This document shows, piece after piece, positions 1 through 14,500 of a stretch of 64,000 nt of DNA. Numbering within the stretch: position 1 is the stretch's first letter; the number at the start of each line of letters is the position of its first letter. The notes beneath the pieces were generated by a model. The model saw nothing but the letters and a program-made list of their open reading frames with translations. It searched no databases and was not told the origin of the DNA. A program made the position numbers and the translations under genes. The stretch comes from Phoronis australis (taxonomy: Eukaryota; Animalia; Phoronida): contig NMRA01000408.1 in assembly GCA_002633005.1 (NCBI GenBank), forward strand, positions 248,001-312,000. Reading direction: 5' to 3'.

Positions 1-1027
1 ATGGCGACGAGAGATTTTTGCACAGTCCAATTATGCAAAATTGGATAAAAACATGATACTTGTCGTCGTTAACAATATTTATTCCATTCTTTTCGTATCC
101 TTGAGAACAAACTTCGACATTCCACTAACAGAACATTGGTAAAGTAATTGACCAAGAGACACGATTAAAAGACACACGATTTTTCAAAACATACTTGTCT
201 TGTTTCATTCTCAAGTGGAAACAAAATTAGGCAGTAATACCACCACAAAGCAAAAGCTAGTAACATACACAGTGGGACACTGGCAAGTGTGAAATACTGC
301 AATGAATGGGGGCTAACAGAAAAGTCATGCAAACAAGTGCAGCGTGCGGCACAACCCTGTTTGCTGCTCATTCAAAATAGGCTTCTGGAACCTAACAAAA
401 GGGGCTTTCGCACTGGAAATTTGGAATCCCTTGATTGCCCTCCCCCCTGCTACGCAACTGTCTGGAACCTAAATATCAGCAATAGAAGCATCCTGGTAAA
501 TGTCAGCGTTAGCTACAAGTGGGACTTATAGAGCAATAGGCTTCAGAGACAGGGTTCAGGCGTACTTAGGAAGAGTAGCAACCATATTTACATATAAAAT
601 TAGCAATAAAATCGCTTTCCAGAGACATGAAGTTAGCAATTAATAATTCGATGTCTGACATGTTGCTTATTTGGAACGCTTCTAGGAACAGTTGCTTTAA
701 TTGACAAACTACATGCCATTTAGTGGCTGACAGCATGGCACAGTAATAAATCATGGAAATTAAATTAAATTAAACTAGGCTTAGTCATCTCAACTCTATA
801 TGCTGCCTTCTTTTAAACTTTCTTCAAAAAATATAGTGGATCAATTTCTTCTCATTGAAAATTCATTTGCGAAATTTCAGACAAAAAAATTTTTTTGTTG
901 TTAATTTTTGAATGATTTGACCTCATTTTCCATCTGATTTCCTACTGGATTTGATCAGAACTTCAACAAAGCCAGACGAATTTCAAAGGAATTTGTAAAA
1001 TCACTGTATTATGCACTGCGAACCTAC

Positions 1028-1207
1028 CTGATTGTCACCGCTTTTTGAGTTCACAAAGACCAAGAGAGGACTGGTACCGGCAGGTCGCGTCGCCTCCCAA
1101 AAGCCGTCCGAGTCAATGTTGTTGATGGTAATAGGGGGCAGTATAGATACCTGACACTGTCCCAGTGGGCAACGACGTGGGAAATATTGCTTGCACGCCG
1201 CGTGCAC
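1028..1207 (-). CDS. DGKH: DGK exon: end of C1B and start of catalytic domain ([18 protein letters not shown]...[15 protein letters not shown])
   Basis: 180 nt. Acceptor TAG at 1210-1208, donor GTAGG at 1027. Phase 0/0. Contains the DGK catalytic-start motif VFVNSKSG. Confidence 0.96.
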
Positions 1208-4200
1208 CTAGAAACCATATAATAATTAAACAACGTTGGCAACATATCAATAACAAAAAATGGATATTATCACTCGTCCAAGTGAATATTAAATAGAATG
1301 CAAAAAATCATAACGCATGACTATTGGGCTTACTATAACACAAACTTCCGGACATTGCAGAGTTGCCTGGCTGCTTCAACTGGGATTGTCAATAACAATT
1401 AATTATACTGATAACAATTCTGAATTACTACTTCACGATTTCTGTAAACATAAACAAGGCACTAGAATAATAAAATGTAGACCTTGAGTCATCCATGATA
1501 TTAAAGTTGAAACTGGTCTGCTGGAGTGCTGGATTACCTTTTTGATTTCCAAGATCTTGGGAGACAAGATACCATCGTCTCCTTTGATGGCATGTTAACT
1601 GTGATGAATCACGGGACTCTGGTCACTGCAGTTTCGAGATCACACGTGACCAGAGTTCCTGCAATTTATCACAGTCAACATCCCATCAAAGGCCACGACG
1701 AGATGTCTCTGAATATCAAGGAAATTAAAAAACCGTAACCCAGCACACCAGTTTCAAATTTGATAACTAGGCTCTAGAATGTTCCAGACTATGTTTCTAT
1801 GTACTAATCACTTATATAATGTAACTTTCTTCTAGAATGACCTCTAGTTTTCTACAGTTTTGTAAACAAATTACATCATTTGTCAGTCATTAGGCTGACC
1901 ACATGGGTCACTGTCCTGGAATGATCTCCAATGATCTATGGTAAACAAATTACGTTATCAAGTGCAATCTGCTAGTAAACAAATGTAACAGCCTACTCCT
2001 GACATCCATTAGTGCCAGGTTTGAAGGACTACAGCATTTTTTGCATAAAAAATAAAACAAATGACTACAACAGAAAAACATGTTTATGAATTAATAAAAG
2101 TAAAACTTGTTTGCTATTTAATTAGCAATTCACACATATCTCAACTTATGTCAATATTTTTCATCTATAATATGCCATTGGAAATGTCATTAATGTATTT
2201 CCCAAGTGTGGAATGAAAAAAAAGCTGCTTTCTTGGGGAAGTAATGGACATGCTCAAAACTGAAATCAGAGGAAAATCCAGGCGTCAGTCTTACAATTGA
2301 AACAGATTTCTTTAAAATCATTTTGCCCTAAAATCCATAGACCCAAAGTGTGTGTCATTTTGGATAAATTTACAAATATTTGACATTTCAATACATGCTC
2401 ATTTAAAACAATATCTGCCAATTTCCACACATAATCACTTTAGATAAAAGCTTGTGCAATGTATTTTCCTAACAAACCGTATAAAGCAGAGGTTTGTTAG
2501 CTTTCAAACGTGAACAAAGCCACATAACTGGTATCTGTCATTTTTCCATGCATATCGGATTTTTGAATAAATAATTCCTTTGCTTAACCTTATGATAGAT
2601 TAAACAAAGCTGGAATTCCATGTTTGTTCTCGTATTTCAAGTTTACAAATGACATCTGTATGTTTGGCAATGCATGCAGTCAAATGCTCAAGACAGTTTC
2701 TCGCTCGGTGATAAGAATGAAAAACTTGGAGCTCTGAAAGCAAAGTGCCAAAAAATGTTCAAACATTCATCTGAAATTCAAGGTAAGAATAATTGGTCAA
2801 CAACTGCGTTTTCTAGGCACAAGAGATGTCAGACAATAAAAAGCAGCTAAGACATTTACTGTTTCTAAAAAATTAAAAATTTCTCGATCGCATAAATACG
2901 ACGTGCAGTGAAGTCGGTGGAGACTGGCTACAGTGAAAGGAAGAAATTTAATCTTTGATGCGTGTGTCTACGTGTTATCATGCTATTTCTAGTGCATTAA
3001 AGTTCTGTTAGAAACATGAGGGTCGAATTTGGGGAGGGGCGGGGGGGTTAACCCGTTGCACAAACCCGTTGTATTTTTATACGTAGCAATCTACCAGATG
3101 AATATAGCATTGAATGAATTTACTTCAATCGATAATAAATATACCAGAGGTTAATTTATTGAATAAGAGCTTTAGGATCAAGAGAAGACATACTGCCTGA
3201 ATAACTTGTCTGCAGACATGTCCTTGTGAATCCATTGTTAGAAAATTTTGATGAGAAGATTGCATGACAGAAGGATGAAGATTCAATTTGATAACCAGAA
3301 AAAAATCACCCAGATAACTTATTGATGATTTCTTTTCAAAGTGAAACCTATTTGTATAACAAAGCAATATGTCAGGCCTTTATAAATTTCCTTGTATGAA
3401 ATCCATCGCTAACATCATATGCGATGGAACAGCACTAATTTCACATTCTCAGACGTTTCTTCTAGGGTTACACCTGAGCAATTTCAGAAATATAATACGA
3501 CCGCCGCGCTTCCCCCCTGTCCACTGACTATCGAGGTACCGATTGTCGGTTTATAATCGAATTAGCGTGTGAAAGCCCAAGCTTGATAACATTCAATTTG
3601 GTTTTCTCTAGTAATGACACTCACAAACCATGCTGACCGTAGTTGGATATTAAAAAATCTTCATGAGATGCGTGTACTGTCCTGTGACATTTAGAAAGAC
3701 TGTAAAACCTCATGTTTTCTTTCTATGAGGTGTTTGAGTGATTCAGTATCCTAATAGGAGGTGAAGGCTCACTACAGACTACGGTTCGGGACAACCTCGA
3801 AGCGCGTGATAATTTCTGTGTGTCATTCGACAGAAGGATTAAATTGTAGCAAGAAGTTTATAAGATAATACAAATAATTAATTTTTATGCACTAGTTTTT
3901 GTTTTAAGCTAATTTTCAAAAAGTACGATGACGGAAAGTTCTGTGGAATCAAAAGTAGAGAGGAATAACTGATGCCCAGTAGCTCTTCAAAGACCTACTT
4001 AAACTTATGGCAGACATGGGTCATATCGTAAGCTTACGCAATATTGCCCAGCATGCTTGTAACAGCTGAATCACCAGCTATGGAGTCTTAATTCTCCCAA
4101 GCCCATGACGATTATAAGCAGCGTTTACAACAGACAGCAAACAATAGAGCATATGTCCAATTTTGAAGAGGAACTTAATTAAGTGATTTTATTATGAATG

Positions 4201-5566
4201 GTGTACTTTGTGACACTAAAGCGATGACCTTGAAGTTTGCGGCAATGAACTGGAATTACTTTATGCACAAGAGCTAGTGATGATGAGTGTAGAATCTCCG
4301 TATTCGCTTGATACAACTGGCACCTTCAGAATCTGTGGGATTTGAGCAGGCCGTGGCCCACTGGTTACAGGCCGAGCTAGTAAATTTGAGCGAAACTCTT
4401 CGTAAATATTAAGATTCCTTTATTTTAAACGACCTTTCCATGACCTTGGAAAAATCGAACACAATACCGATTTCAAATCGATGAGAACAGCGCAGGACTT
4501 GCCCGATCTCTCTTGTTTATGCGAAGTATAATAGCACAGTTTGATTTTTGTTTTAACCATTTATATTTGTATAAATCATGTACACGTAAAATGCACATAC
4601 ACGAATGCATGTTCTTATATCACTTCCAATAAAACATGATTGCATTTTTATATTCTTGTTGTTCTTGGCAAAGGATATTGATTTGTTGGCTGTAAATATT
4701 TTTTCATAACCACCTAAATTGCTGCAAATTCATATATTTTTTAATGAAGAGAAAGTGCTCTCTATTCCAATAATCTAAAATTGTTTCAATATTTTTGTTG
4801 ACACATTTGCCAAAAACAATGAATGCACAATTTTTATGACACATAATGACCAAAAAGGGCAATTAATATTGGTTTTATCCCATAATGCTAATTTACCTAC
4901 AATAATGGGACTTCGTTTGAAAGACCAGTCATTAGCTAGAAATTTGTCACCCACAGAGCTGCGTGCCATGGAAATTAGTTTCATTGGCTGAGATGCAACC
5001 CACACAATGGCCCAGCTGCCAAGCGCTATTATTAATTTATTGTGTGTACATTGCTGGCTGCAAATAAGGCAACCAGGGAAGAATGGTATTGATATTAAAA
5101 ATAGAGTCATGTTTGGAAATTCCAAGCGAGTAAGATATGAGGTCAACACAAGTCTTATTGAACATTTCTGCCTTTTCTAACGAGTTTCTTGGTGCCGAAT
5201 TAAAAATATCTTAAACTGAGAATTTTTACCATTTATTTGACTCTGGTTTATGCGCCGTCCACACACAGACGTACCCTAAAACACGTTAACCTTAGAATGA
5301 GTTGCCGCTAGGTGTAGGAGCTGTATGGACACTACTTAAACTAGTGCAACTTTCCAACTTGTGACAGCTTACTCCACCGTATTGAGGTAGGCTAACTTGT
5401 TCTAGGATAACTTGCGCCACTTCTAAATGATGTGCGACCACAAACCTGGGGCAAGGCGAGAAGTCGCGGTTACATACAGCCGTGTCTTATTTTGCTCGTT
5501 GTATTCCCATCAACTGCTCCTTGTCATGCACAGAGCGATAACTTCTGCCTTACCCTAGTTATCAGA

Positions 5567-5597
<31 letters not shown>

Positions 5598-8500
5598 GGA
5601 CGCTTCACTTAAAGTGTTGCAAGTTGCACTGGTGCAAGTTGTTCTAGGGTAAGTGTGTGTGTGGACGGGACTCTAGATTTATTTTTAAGTCCTAATTTTT
5701 ACCAATGAAAACCTGAAGGCATAACTGGTGCTGGGGAACTTTTATTCCACTTCCACGCTACTCTGAGTGAGGCTGGCTGTACCTACTTACCATTGTACGG
5801 CACCAAAGACAACGAAAGTCTTGTAGACGTAGCACACTACCACAAGTCTTATCACAGACAGAGCACTTTGCACTAACTGGCAGGTTTCCTTCCAACCACT
5901 GATGGGGCATAGCAATCATCTAAAACCAAAAGCATGAATTAGTGATCAACACAGAACTAAGGTAGACAGAATTCATTTCGTGACTACATATCAAGAGCAA
6001 CCTAGAGCAATGAAATGCACCCATGAATGCACTGTGAATGGCATGTATCTAGGGGTGCTTATGAGTATGATAAAAATGACTACGAGATACAGCTACAAAC
6101 GCAAAAATACCAGGAGGCACCAAAGTAGTTGGACGCATCTGAAAATCCACGTCAGTTGAACTCTTATTTGTCAGTAAGAACATATCTGCCAATTTTCAAA
6201 ATCATCCCCTGAGAGGTTTGGTGGAAAAAGAGGCAGACGACACGCAAAAAACAGACACAAAAACAAAAAATGACCACTAGGTCACAGGCAAATCAGTCCC
6301 AAAATGGAAAGGTGCTGTTATTTTCATAATAGAAACTTGCTTGACAAACGTTATAAAAAACCATCAAGGAATTCTGAAGATACAAAGGCAAACCTAAAAA
6401 CTAAAGTTGCACACTAGGGGGCACAGCAGGAATGAGAGCCATCCAAAAGTCGTGGGCAGCCGTTCTCACCTTTATAGGAAAACACTAGCAAATTTCAAAA
6501 AGATTCTGCAAAGGATTAAGGAGATACAGTCGTGGAAACAAAATCACCACTAAGGAGCACCGCAGTAGTCAGAACTATCCAAAAACCAACATTCAGTCAG
6601 AGGTCATAGTCTTCTACTACAGTTCATAATTATCTTTTGAGCGGTTTGGCAGATTACAAGGCAGACACCAAAACTGGACTTATAGTAATAAAAATGATGT
6701 GGCCCTTGCCGAATTTCCCAAAAATCCACCGACAAACTCCGAGATACACAGGAAATGGGACAAACTTAAATTGCCACAAGGGTGCACAGCAGCGATTGGT
6801 TGGACTGAATCTCGTCACCATCTGTTGTCAGCTTCATAGGAACATAGCTGTCAAATTTCACAAAGTTTCAGTAAGACTAAGGAATACAGCCGTGGACACA
6901 AAAAGTAAAATCATTATGTGACCCCATGCACAAACCTATGTCAACTGTGGTCTCCTCATCAGGAACACATCCACCAACTTTCATAGTGATCCTTCAAGCT
7001 GTTTGGCAGACAGAAACGCGAACACCAAAAAAATGGCCACTAGGTGGCGCAGAGTTGTCAAATCTGTTCGAAAAAGGGAAGACCTCATTTCCTTAATAGA
7101 AAACCATTTGCCAAATTTTATGGAAATCCATCATGGAACTTGTATGAAACAGGCAAAATTAATGTAAAAAAAATAAAATTGCCAACAGGGGGTGAATTGG
7201 ATCGGTCAGAAATTCTTTGCCATCTATTGCCAGCTTGATAGAAAAAATAAGACATATTTCATTAAGTTCCTGCTAGTGGTTTATGAGATACAGTAGTGGA
7301 TGCCTGGGTGAGCCGCTTAGGACAGACTGACGGCAATATGCACTGACATATCATGTGGGTGAATAATCAATGAAACTGATGAAGCAACAATTGATTTCAA
7401 CATGCAACAATAGTTCAACCTCCTTAATATTAATATACCGTAAGGGACTCGCCAACCCAACCCATGGTCTCAGACTGCTCCACCCCTTTAATCTGCAACA
7501 GGCAACATCATTTTGCTTGACAATTTTCAAGGGCTACCTACTTCACACAAGATGGATTTCACACCATCTAGGTGACTGACCCAAGAGCTGTAGCTGGGTT
7601 CAAAACAACATACAACAGCATGCAAACATGTTATTCCTTCTGGACTTGGATGTCAGTAAATAACACATTGATAAGAGGGTGATTAAAAAGATCATGCCCA
7701 CAAAATTCTTAAATGCCCAAGTGGCAAACTAATGACTGATCTCTTTGTTGATTGCATTAAGCCAATATAAACAACTCAACAGCTGGTAGCTGTTGGTCTT
7801 GGTGTTACTTTGTAATCACATTTATCACAGAATTTACTGGATGCCTTGGTCAGAGTCCTGAAATTGCACATTGACCTCTTAATAAATGCATAGCCAATGA
7901 AAAAACTGAAGGAAATGCGAACAAGAACAGGTTTTATAGCGAACATCACGAACATCTCGAATAACGGCCATAATATAGCAGGATTTTAATTACCTACAAG
8001 TTTCAAGTTGACTAGCAGTTTGTCAGAATTAGACAAAATTGAAGGGTTTCTTAATAAGCACACAGTAGTTTTCAAAATACACTGGACACTTTAGGGCAAA
8101 AACCTGTCTTTGTAAGACATAATTACACTGAGCAACAACTTTGAACTTCTGAAGCTATATATTGGAATACTACACAAAAATCCGTACTTTTTTAGTCAGA
8201 AAAGACCTAAGACAGCCAGGAGCCAAATCTTTTAAGGATCATCACAAAATTTAGTTAAATGGACTCGATAAAGAAAAGAAGACACCTGGCGAAATTAAAT
8301 GAAAAAAGAAGAACGAGAAGGCTGATGATGATTGATGACGATCGGAATGAAGCCGACAAAAATGATTACGCAATACACAAACTTGTACAACAGTTGGCTA
8401 AAATGAACAGAAAACGACAATATGATGAATGTGATTGTTACGAAAGTGCAGCCGGGAATTAGCCAATAAAAGATCCGTCATCTGATTAGAAAAAAATGGA

Positions 8501-11500
8501 ATAACTCAGATAGCGCTCGATGAGATCTTTCTACGTAATAATATCAGAAGAATCCCCTTAAGCACGAAAATTTGAACAAGATAGGTAAAGTGTTGAAATG
8601 CATCCGGCCCACAACTGAACCGCAAACAGTATGCTTCTGAGGGTGTTTACTGGTAGCATGAAAATAGCCAATCGGTCGACTCCGTCAGAAAAAATTTCAA
8701 GGGAATCTGGAGATACAGAGGCACAGAATTCAGAATTGCAGCTGAATCTGTCTGAAAATCAATGGTACCTGTCATCATCCCTACAGGAACAAATCTGTTA
8801 ACTTTCTCCATTCTCCAAAGAGAAACATCTGCAAACACCGGACGCCAAAATAAAGATGACAGCAATTTCAGAAAGATCCTTAAAAGACAGAACAGCTACG
8901 ACTCGGCAACTTGAAAGATGGCTACCACAGCGCCATCACCTGTCAGATTTCAACCAAAACAAAAAGTCTCGAGCTATCGATGAGAAAAATGTTGTGAGTA
9001 GATTTCGTGTCAATCAGATGAGAAATGCAGTTACACTAACACAAAATTATGGCACAGAAACAGATTTGGTGTAAAAATTCCGCTAAGTAATGAATATCAA
9101 ATAGCTCATTGCATGCCATAAGTTTGCCAAAGCTTGGCCTTGTCCAGTTTTATTTTCAAATCTTGTAACTATGCCACTGTAATACCAAGTGACTTGTTGA
9201 CTTGAATCATCAACATGGCCTGTGTATGATACACAATAAAAAACAGCATCTTCAATGGAGTACACAAGGATTGATTAAATCATGGTTCACACAATTTTTA
9301 GCAGTTTAGCATTCGTAATGTTACTCAATCATTCCAAGAAAAAAGAGCTGTTATTCAATATTTTTTTCTACAATCACATATTATCCTATGCAACAGTATT
9401 CTAGTTAGCCAGCATTTTTTGGCTTTTGGTGCATTGGGGCATTGGACTTCCAACACTGACATCTCTTTATACAAAAGTTACATCTTCTGTCAAATAGATC
9501 GTGATGATGCAGAATGCAGGAAAACAAATTATTGTTAGAGGGAGGTCATGAAAAATTGATTGAGACACAATATTAAAATTCTGCATGCTTCTTGGTGATC
9601 TATACGGCATCAAATGGAAACTTTTCTCAGCTAAGAACTTGAAGGAAAAAAGAGTGACCTTATCGAAGGGTTTGTTCCTCAATAATAAATTAAGAGAATC
9701 CTCTCAAGGGACATTACCTCACCCCCCACAGCTACTTAGTTATTTTCTGACAAAACACATTTTATTTTGTGTAGGTTGGAAGAATTTCAACTTTACAGCA
9801 CCTGGCGAACATGTGTCCAGCATACTGTATCAACTAAACTGTAAATTTAGATAGAACACAGCCGTTTTCGATGACTCTGGGAATAAATCGGTGAAGAAAA
9901 AAGGACACAGTAGTAAACCTTGGGAAGGGAACTGGTGTCATTTTTACACAGAAAACAGAACAAATTCTTGTTTCCACATTAAAAATGTTGCAGAGAATGT
10001 ATTCAATGTTTAATGTCATCTGTAATTTTAAAATGTCACAGGGAAGTCTCAACTGTGACAGCATTTTTGTTGCCTTTTGCTTATGTAAGTCACATCATCA
10101 ATGTTTGTGTCAAAAATGAGAGACAGTTTGTGAAAAGGGAACCACCACTTGATGCAAACCTAAAATAACTGTAAACAGAAGAAAACATCAACTACTTGAC
10201 TCGCACTTTGTCAAAGAATTCTCAAAACTATTACAGAATGTCACAGAATTTCAGGCACGCAAGTTTTGCCACAGAATGACAGCAAGTCACAGGGAGTCCA
10301 TTCTCTGATGTGGAAACTTAATTTTTACTGTCTGTGGTTCTATTGAAACAAACCAAATGAAGCAGAATTGTGACACTGTCACACACAACCCCTGATCTCC
10401 CGACATCGTTATCTGAGGAGGGGAAGATTCTAAAAACACAAAAGGAAAATAAGAACAACATTGTGTTCACACTGTATCTACAATGACGCTGCAAATGGGA
10501 GAAGGGGCTACGTTCAACACCATCAGCCATCATCAGCATGAATGAACTCTGAGATCTCTTTATTGATCGCACTATTGAACTCCATATTAATGTAATAAAA
10601 AAAAAAAACTGGTGAGGTCGTTGACCGTTGAACCAACAAACCAATCTATAAGTCAAATTGATAAAAGTGATAAAATAGCAACTCCAAAATTTAGATCATT
10701 GCCACGACGAATCAACACGTCTAGATGAGAAAATTCTGAGCTTTACTACAGACCTGCCAAACTCGTAAACACTGACTGCATTTTAAATCCAACACATCGT
10801 ATCGTGCAACTTGAAGTGCTCAAAAACACTGCATGTCGGCAGTTTTCAAAACATGTTGACAAACATTTGGTTGTTGAAAAATTGACAGAAAACCTTATGT
10901 AACTTTTCAGTGATTTAAAATCAGTTTCCGTCTGATTTCTCACATAATTTTCGCAATTTCTACAATTAAGCAAATTTCTGCATTTAACAGATGTGACACA
11001 ATAAGCACAAACTGCTAACACCATCAACACCAACATCATCAACACCAACACCAACACCACCAACATCACCAACACTAACACCACCAACATCACCAACATC
11101 ATCACCAACACCAACATCACCAACACCATCACCAACATCATCAACATCACCAACACCACCATCATCAACACCAACATCATCAACACCAACATCATCAACA
11201 CCAACATCACCAACACCACCTACACCAACATCACCAACACCATCATCATCAACACCAACATCACCAACACCAATATCAACAACACCAACACCATCAACAC
11301 CAACATCACCAACACCAACATCATCAACACCAACATCACCAACAACACCAGCATCATCAACACCAGGCAATACCATACCCCAGTTTCATCCTCAATGATG
11401 TCCTTCTGTCCCACCGCTGCCAGTGTTGTCCACTTACAATTGTTCTGGGCTCTGACAGCACACTTCTTGTGAGCCTTGAATTTGCACACTGAAATACAAA

Positions 11501-14500
11501 CAAGGACATCACCATAAATTTTGGGTTGTATGGTCATTCTCCTCTAATTTCGCATAAAAATAATTGCCAAAATTGACATTTGTCATTTTTTCACAGATTA
11601 CTTTGCTGGAAATAATAGAAACTTTGCCCAAATGCTGTTTGATGACAACCAAAAAGTACAATCTAGGCTAGTAATGGACAAAATATTTCTTTGTCTTCAT
11701 TTTTGAGAAGAAATTTGACAAAATAATACCTCACTTGTCGGCCATATTGTAAGGAGAACACTACGATAGCTACCTACATTGTGAGGAAAATATTACGAAG
11801 ACTACCTACATTGTAAGGAAAATAGAGTAACCTTCATGGATAAAACTGTATGGAAAATACCACTGAAGATATGGCTTAACTATTTTTTAAAAATGAAAAT
11901 TTGACTCAAAAAGCTGGCCAGAAACGTGTGTAACCATAATATATTTTTATAATCCCTATCTTCTTTCTTTCAAAAAATATACTTTTACGAGTTGACACCT
12001 AGTTTTTCTGGAAATTAACCTTGAATTAAAAATCTCGGTAAGGTCCAACAGAATCTCAACATTCATCAAGGATTTAAAATAAAGTCAGTTTCGAAAATCA
12101 AGAGACATTAAAAAAAATTTTATAAGTTACAGTCTTAATAATGTATTAGCTTTTTTTAATTGCAATTCATAAAAAGTGGAGTTATATGACCTTCAACTTT
12201 GGCAGCCATTCTGTTACAATTTGTTTGGAAAATTCTGTACTTTACGGTTAATTTGAAAATGTGATTACTTGTTGAAATAATACCATCTGGGAATAAGCTT
12301 AAGACTGGACTGTGGTCAAATCTCTTTGATGAAATTTTTATCTGAAAAGACGTGGAGTGTCTCTAAGTACCAATTACACTGAATTACTGTTTTAACTACC
12401 AATTATGGTCATGACTGAATTATACAGGAACATAGTTACAATATTGTGTACTCATGCAGTGACAACGGTAATTTGAGCTCATTTTGATAGCAATTAATGT
12501 CATAATACAGGGTGAAACATATTTTTTTAAAACTTATTTCACTCTAAATTACTCCATTATTTATTTTTATTAAATTGGACGGACTTTTCAAAGTCATTCT
12601 TATGTGCGTAATTTTTTAGCTCTACCAGTCAGTTCTCATTGAATTTTTTGTTCTTTCCAAAAGAATTGTAACTTAAAATCTAAACAAAATTTCACGGATT
12701 CGTTTTTGGGTCACCCGGTAACCTTAAAACACGATCTCCAACTGACATTAAACACAAAATTTTTATTCCAAATGTTTCTGAGTGGGAGCATTGTTAAACA
12801 ACAGCATTCAACTCATACATTAAAAGGTTCTATCAGCAAACATTCCCAACAGAACCTTAAAATTACATGATTGCTGATGGGAATTATTGACCTAGCTTAC
12901 TAGTACTTAAAACACTTATGGAAGAAAAGAAAAACATTACGCTTTTTTGATAATTTCCCACATTTTATTGATTTAATGAAGACATTGCACACTGAGATTG
13001 ATGCGACATAACCGCATTTGAAAGAAACCCAGAAACGTTTAGTAAATCAAAGTAAAAGGTTTATTGAAACACCTGTCAACGAGGTTGAAAAAAAGTCGAT
13101 TACACAAAACATGAGATTTTGTTTCTTTAGGTAAGCAAAAGCAGCTAACACAGGCTACATGCAACGTCAGATCACACTTTGACAGTGGCCTCAGTAAGTT
13201 TATTAATCTAAAGATGATGAGAAGTTCAGGCTTCATATACCAGTGTGAAACCCAAACTGCTGTTGGGAAAGATGGATCTATTGAAAGGATTAGGACAGAC
13301 TTGGTAAATATGTGAAGGATTATGACAACAAATGGGAAACACAGGGTTGTAAAAGAAGCGCCAATTGTTCAATTGATGAGTACACTGTTAAAACTTGCTA
13401 TGTATATCCCCTTTTGAAGTGGACATTACAGTGTCGAATCGGGTTCAGACAATACATTTTCATGAGCAGGATTTACTATTCCAAACGAAATTTAATCTTT
13501 AGTACCTCATAGTAAAATGAATAAAATTTAAGCATTCGAGAGTCGTCATGCAGCAGTGACATTGGCAACACGATCTCAAAAAAAACCTGTCCTTGCCATT
13601 GTTGGGTTCATCCTTCCAAGCTAAAGTCCACCAGTGCCTCCTATACTTGTAATCAGTGTTTCATGCCTGATAATCAGACCTGCAAAGTACTCGTCTGGCG
13701 TAAGGGCAATGTTCCGTTAAACGAAATTTACAAAATTTTCACTTTCAAACGCCCATACCCAGCTTACCACCCACACGCAACCCATGAGAACTTTAGGTTT
13801 GGAACATGCTCACTTTTCGGAAACGAACAGTCGATTTCAGAGGCACATTGACACATTTGAACTTGAAAATAACCCCCTTTAACTGACAAAGACTAGTAAA
13901 GAAATGGTTCTTTTAGCTCAAGCGTGTGTGCAAACTATGCTGAAGAGGGCCCTCTTGGAAAGCAGTGCTATCACTGAAGAGGCCACCCTCATTTTAAATA
14001 TCACAATAATAAATAAAAAAATAAAGCAAATCGACCGCTAGGCTCAAAACTTAAACTTTGACTTCTCAAAAATATACTTTTTTAAAGGCTCATGCTTGTA
14101 TTAGTGCACGCCCTGAGCGTAAAGTCGCACGGTTACAGTAATAACATGTTATTACATAACATACTATCTATGTCTGATTCGGATGGACAATGATTTGGAA
14201 CAAACAGGCAATCATACACAGTAATCGGAAACTTAAGTTAAAAGACTGATAAGAACTTTCAATGAGAAAACCAAGCTGTAGATTAGAGTCAATAATCATG
14301 AATTTCATAATGGAATTCTATGTTGGTCGACATTTTGTTGTAAGTTTGACAAGCGCGTTTTAAGGTTTCCCCGAAACGTTTTGAAACATAGACAGAAATT
14401 ATCTCAGTAACATGGCTGAAGAGTCATTAGTCTTTTTACTCTGACTGTTAGAAGTGCAAAAACCACACAACACAAACCATTTAAGCAAAGTTCCCAAGTG

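Noticed and set aside
8259-9074. Charged ORFs (MDSIKKRRH..., MTAISERS...)
   Set aside because: They lie in or beside A-rich dispersed repeat sequence shared with about 50.4-50.9 kb. No domain is recognisable, and the frame is not maintained.
10746-11376. ORFs of 157 and 130 aa (MVLVMLV..., VGDVGV...)
   Set aside because: They are translations of a stop-poor trinucleotide satellite inside a DGK intron.
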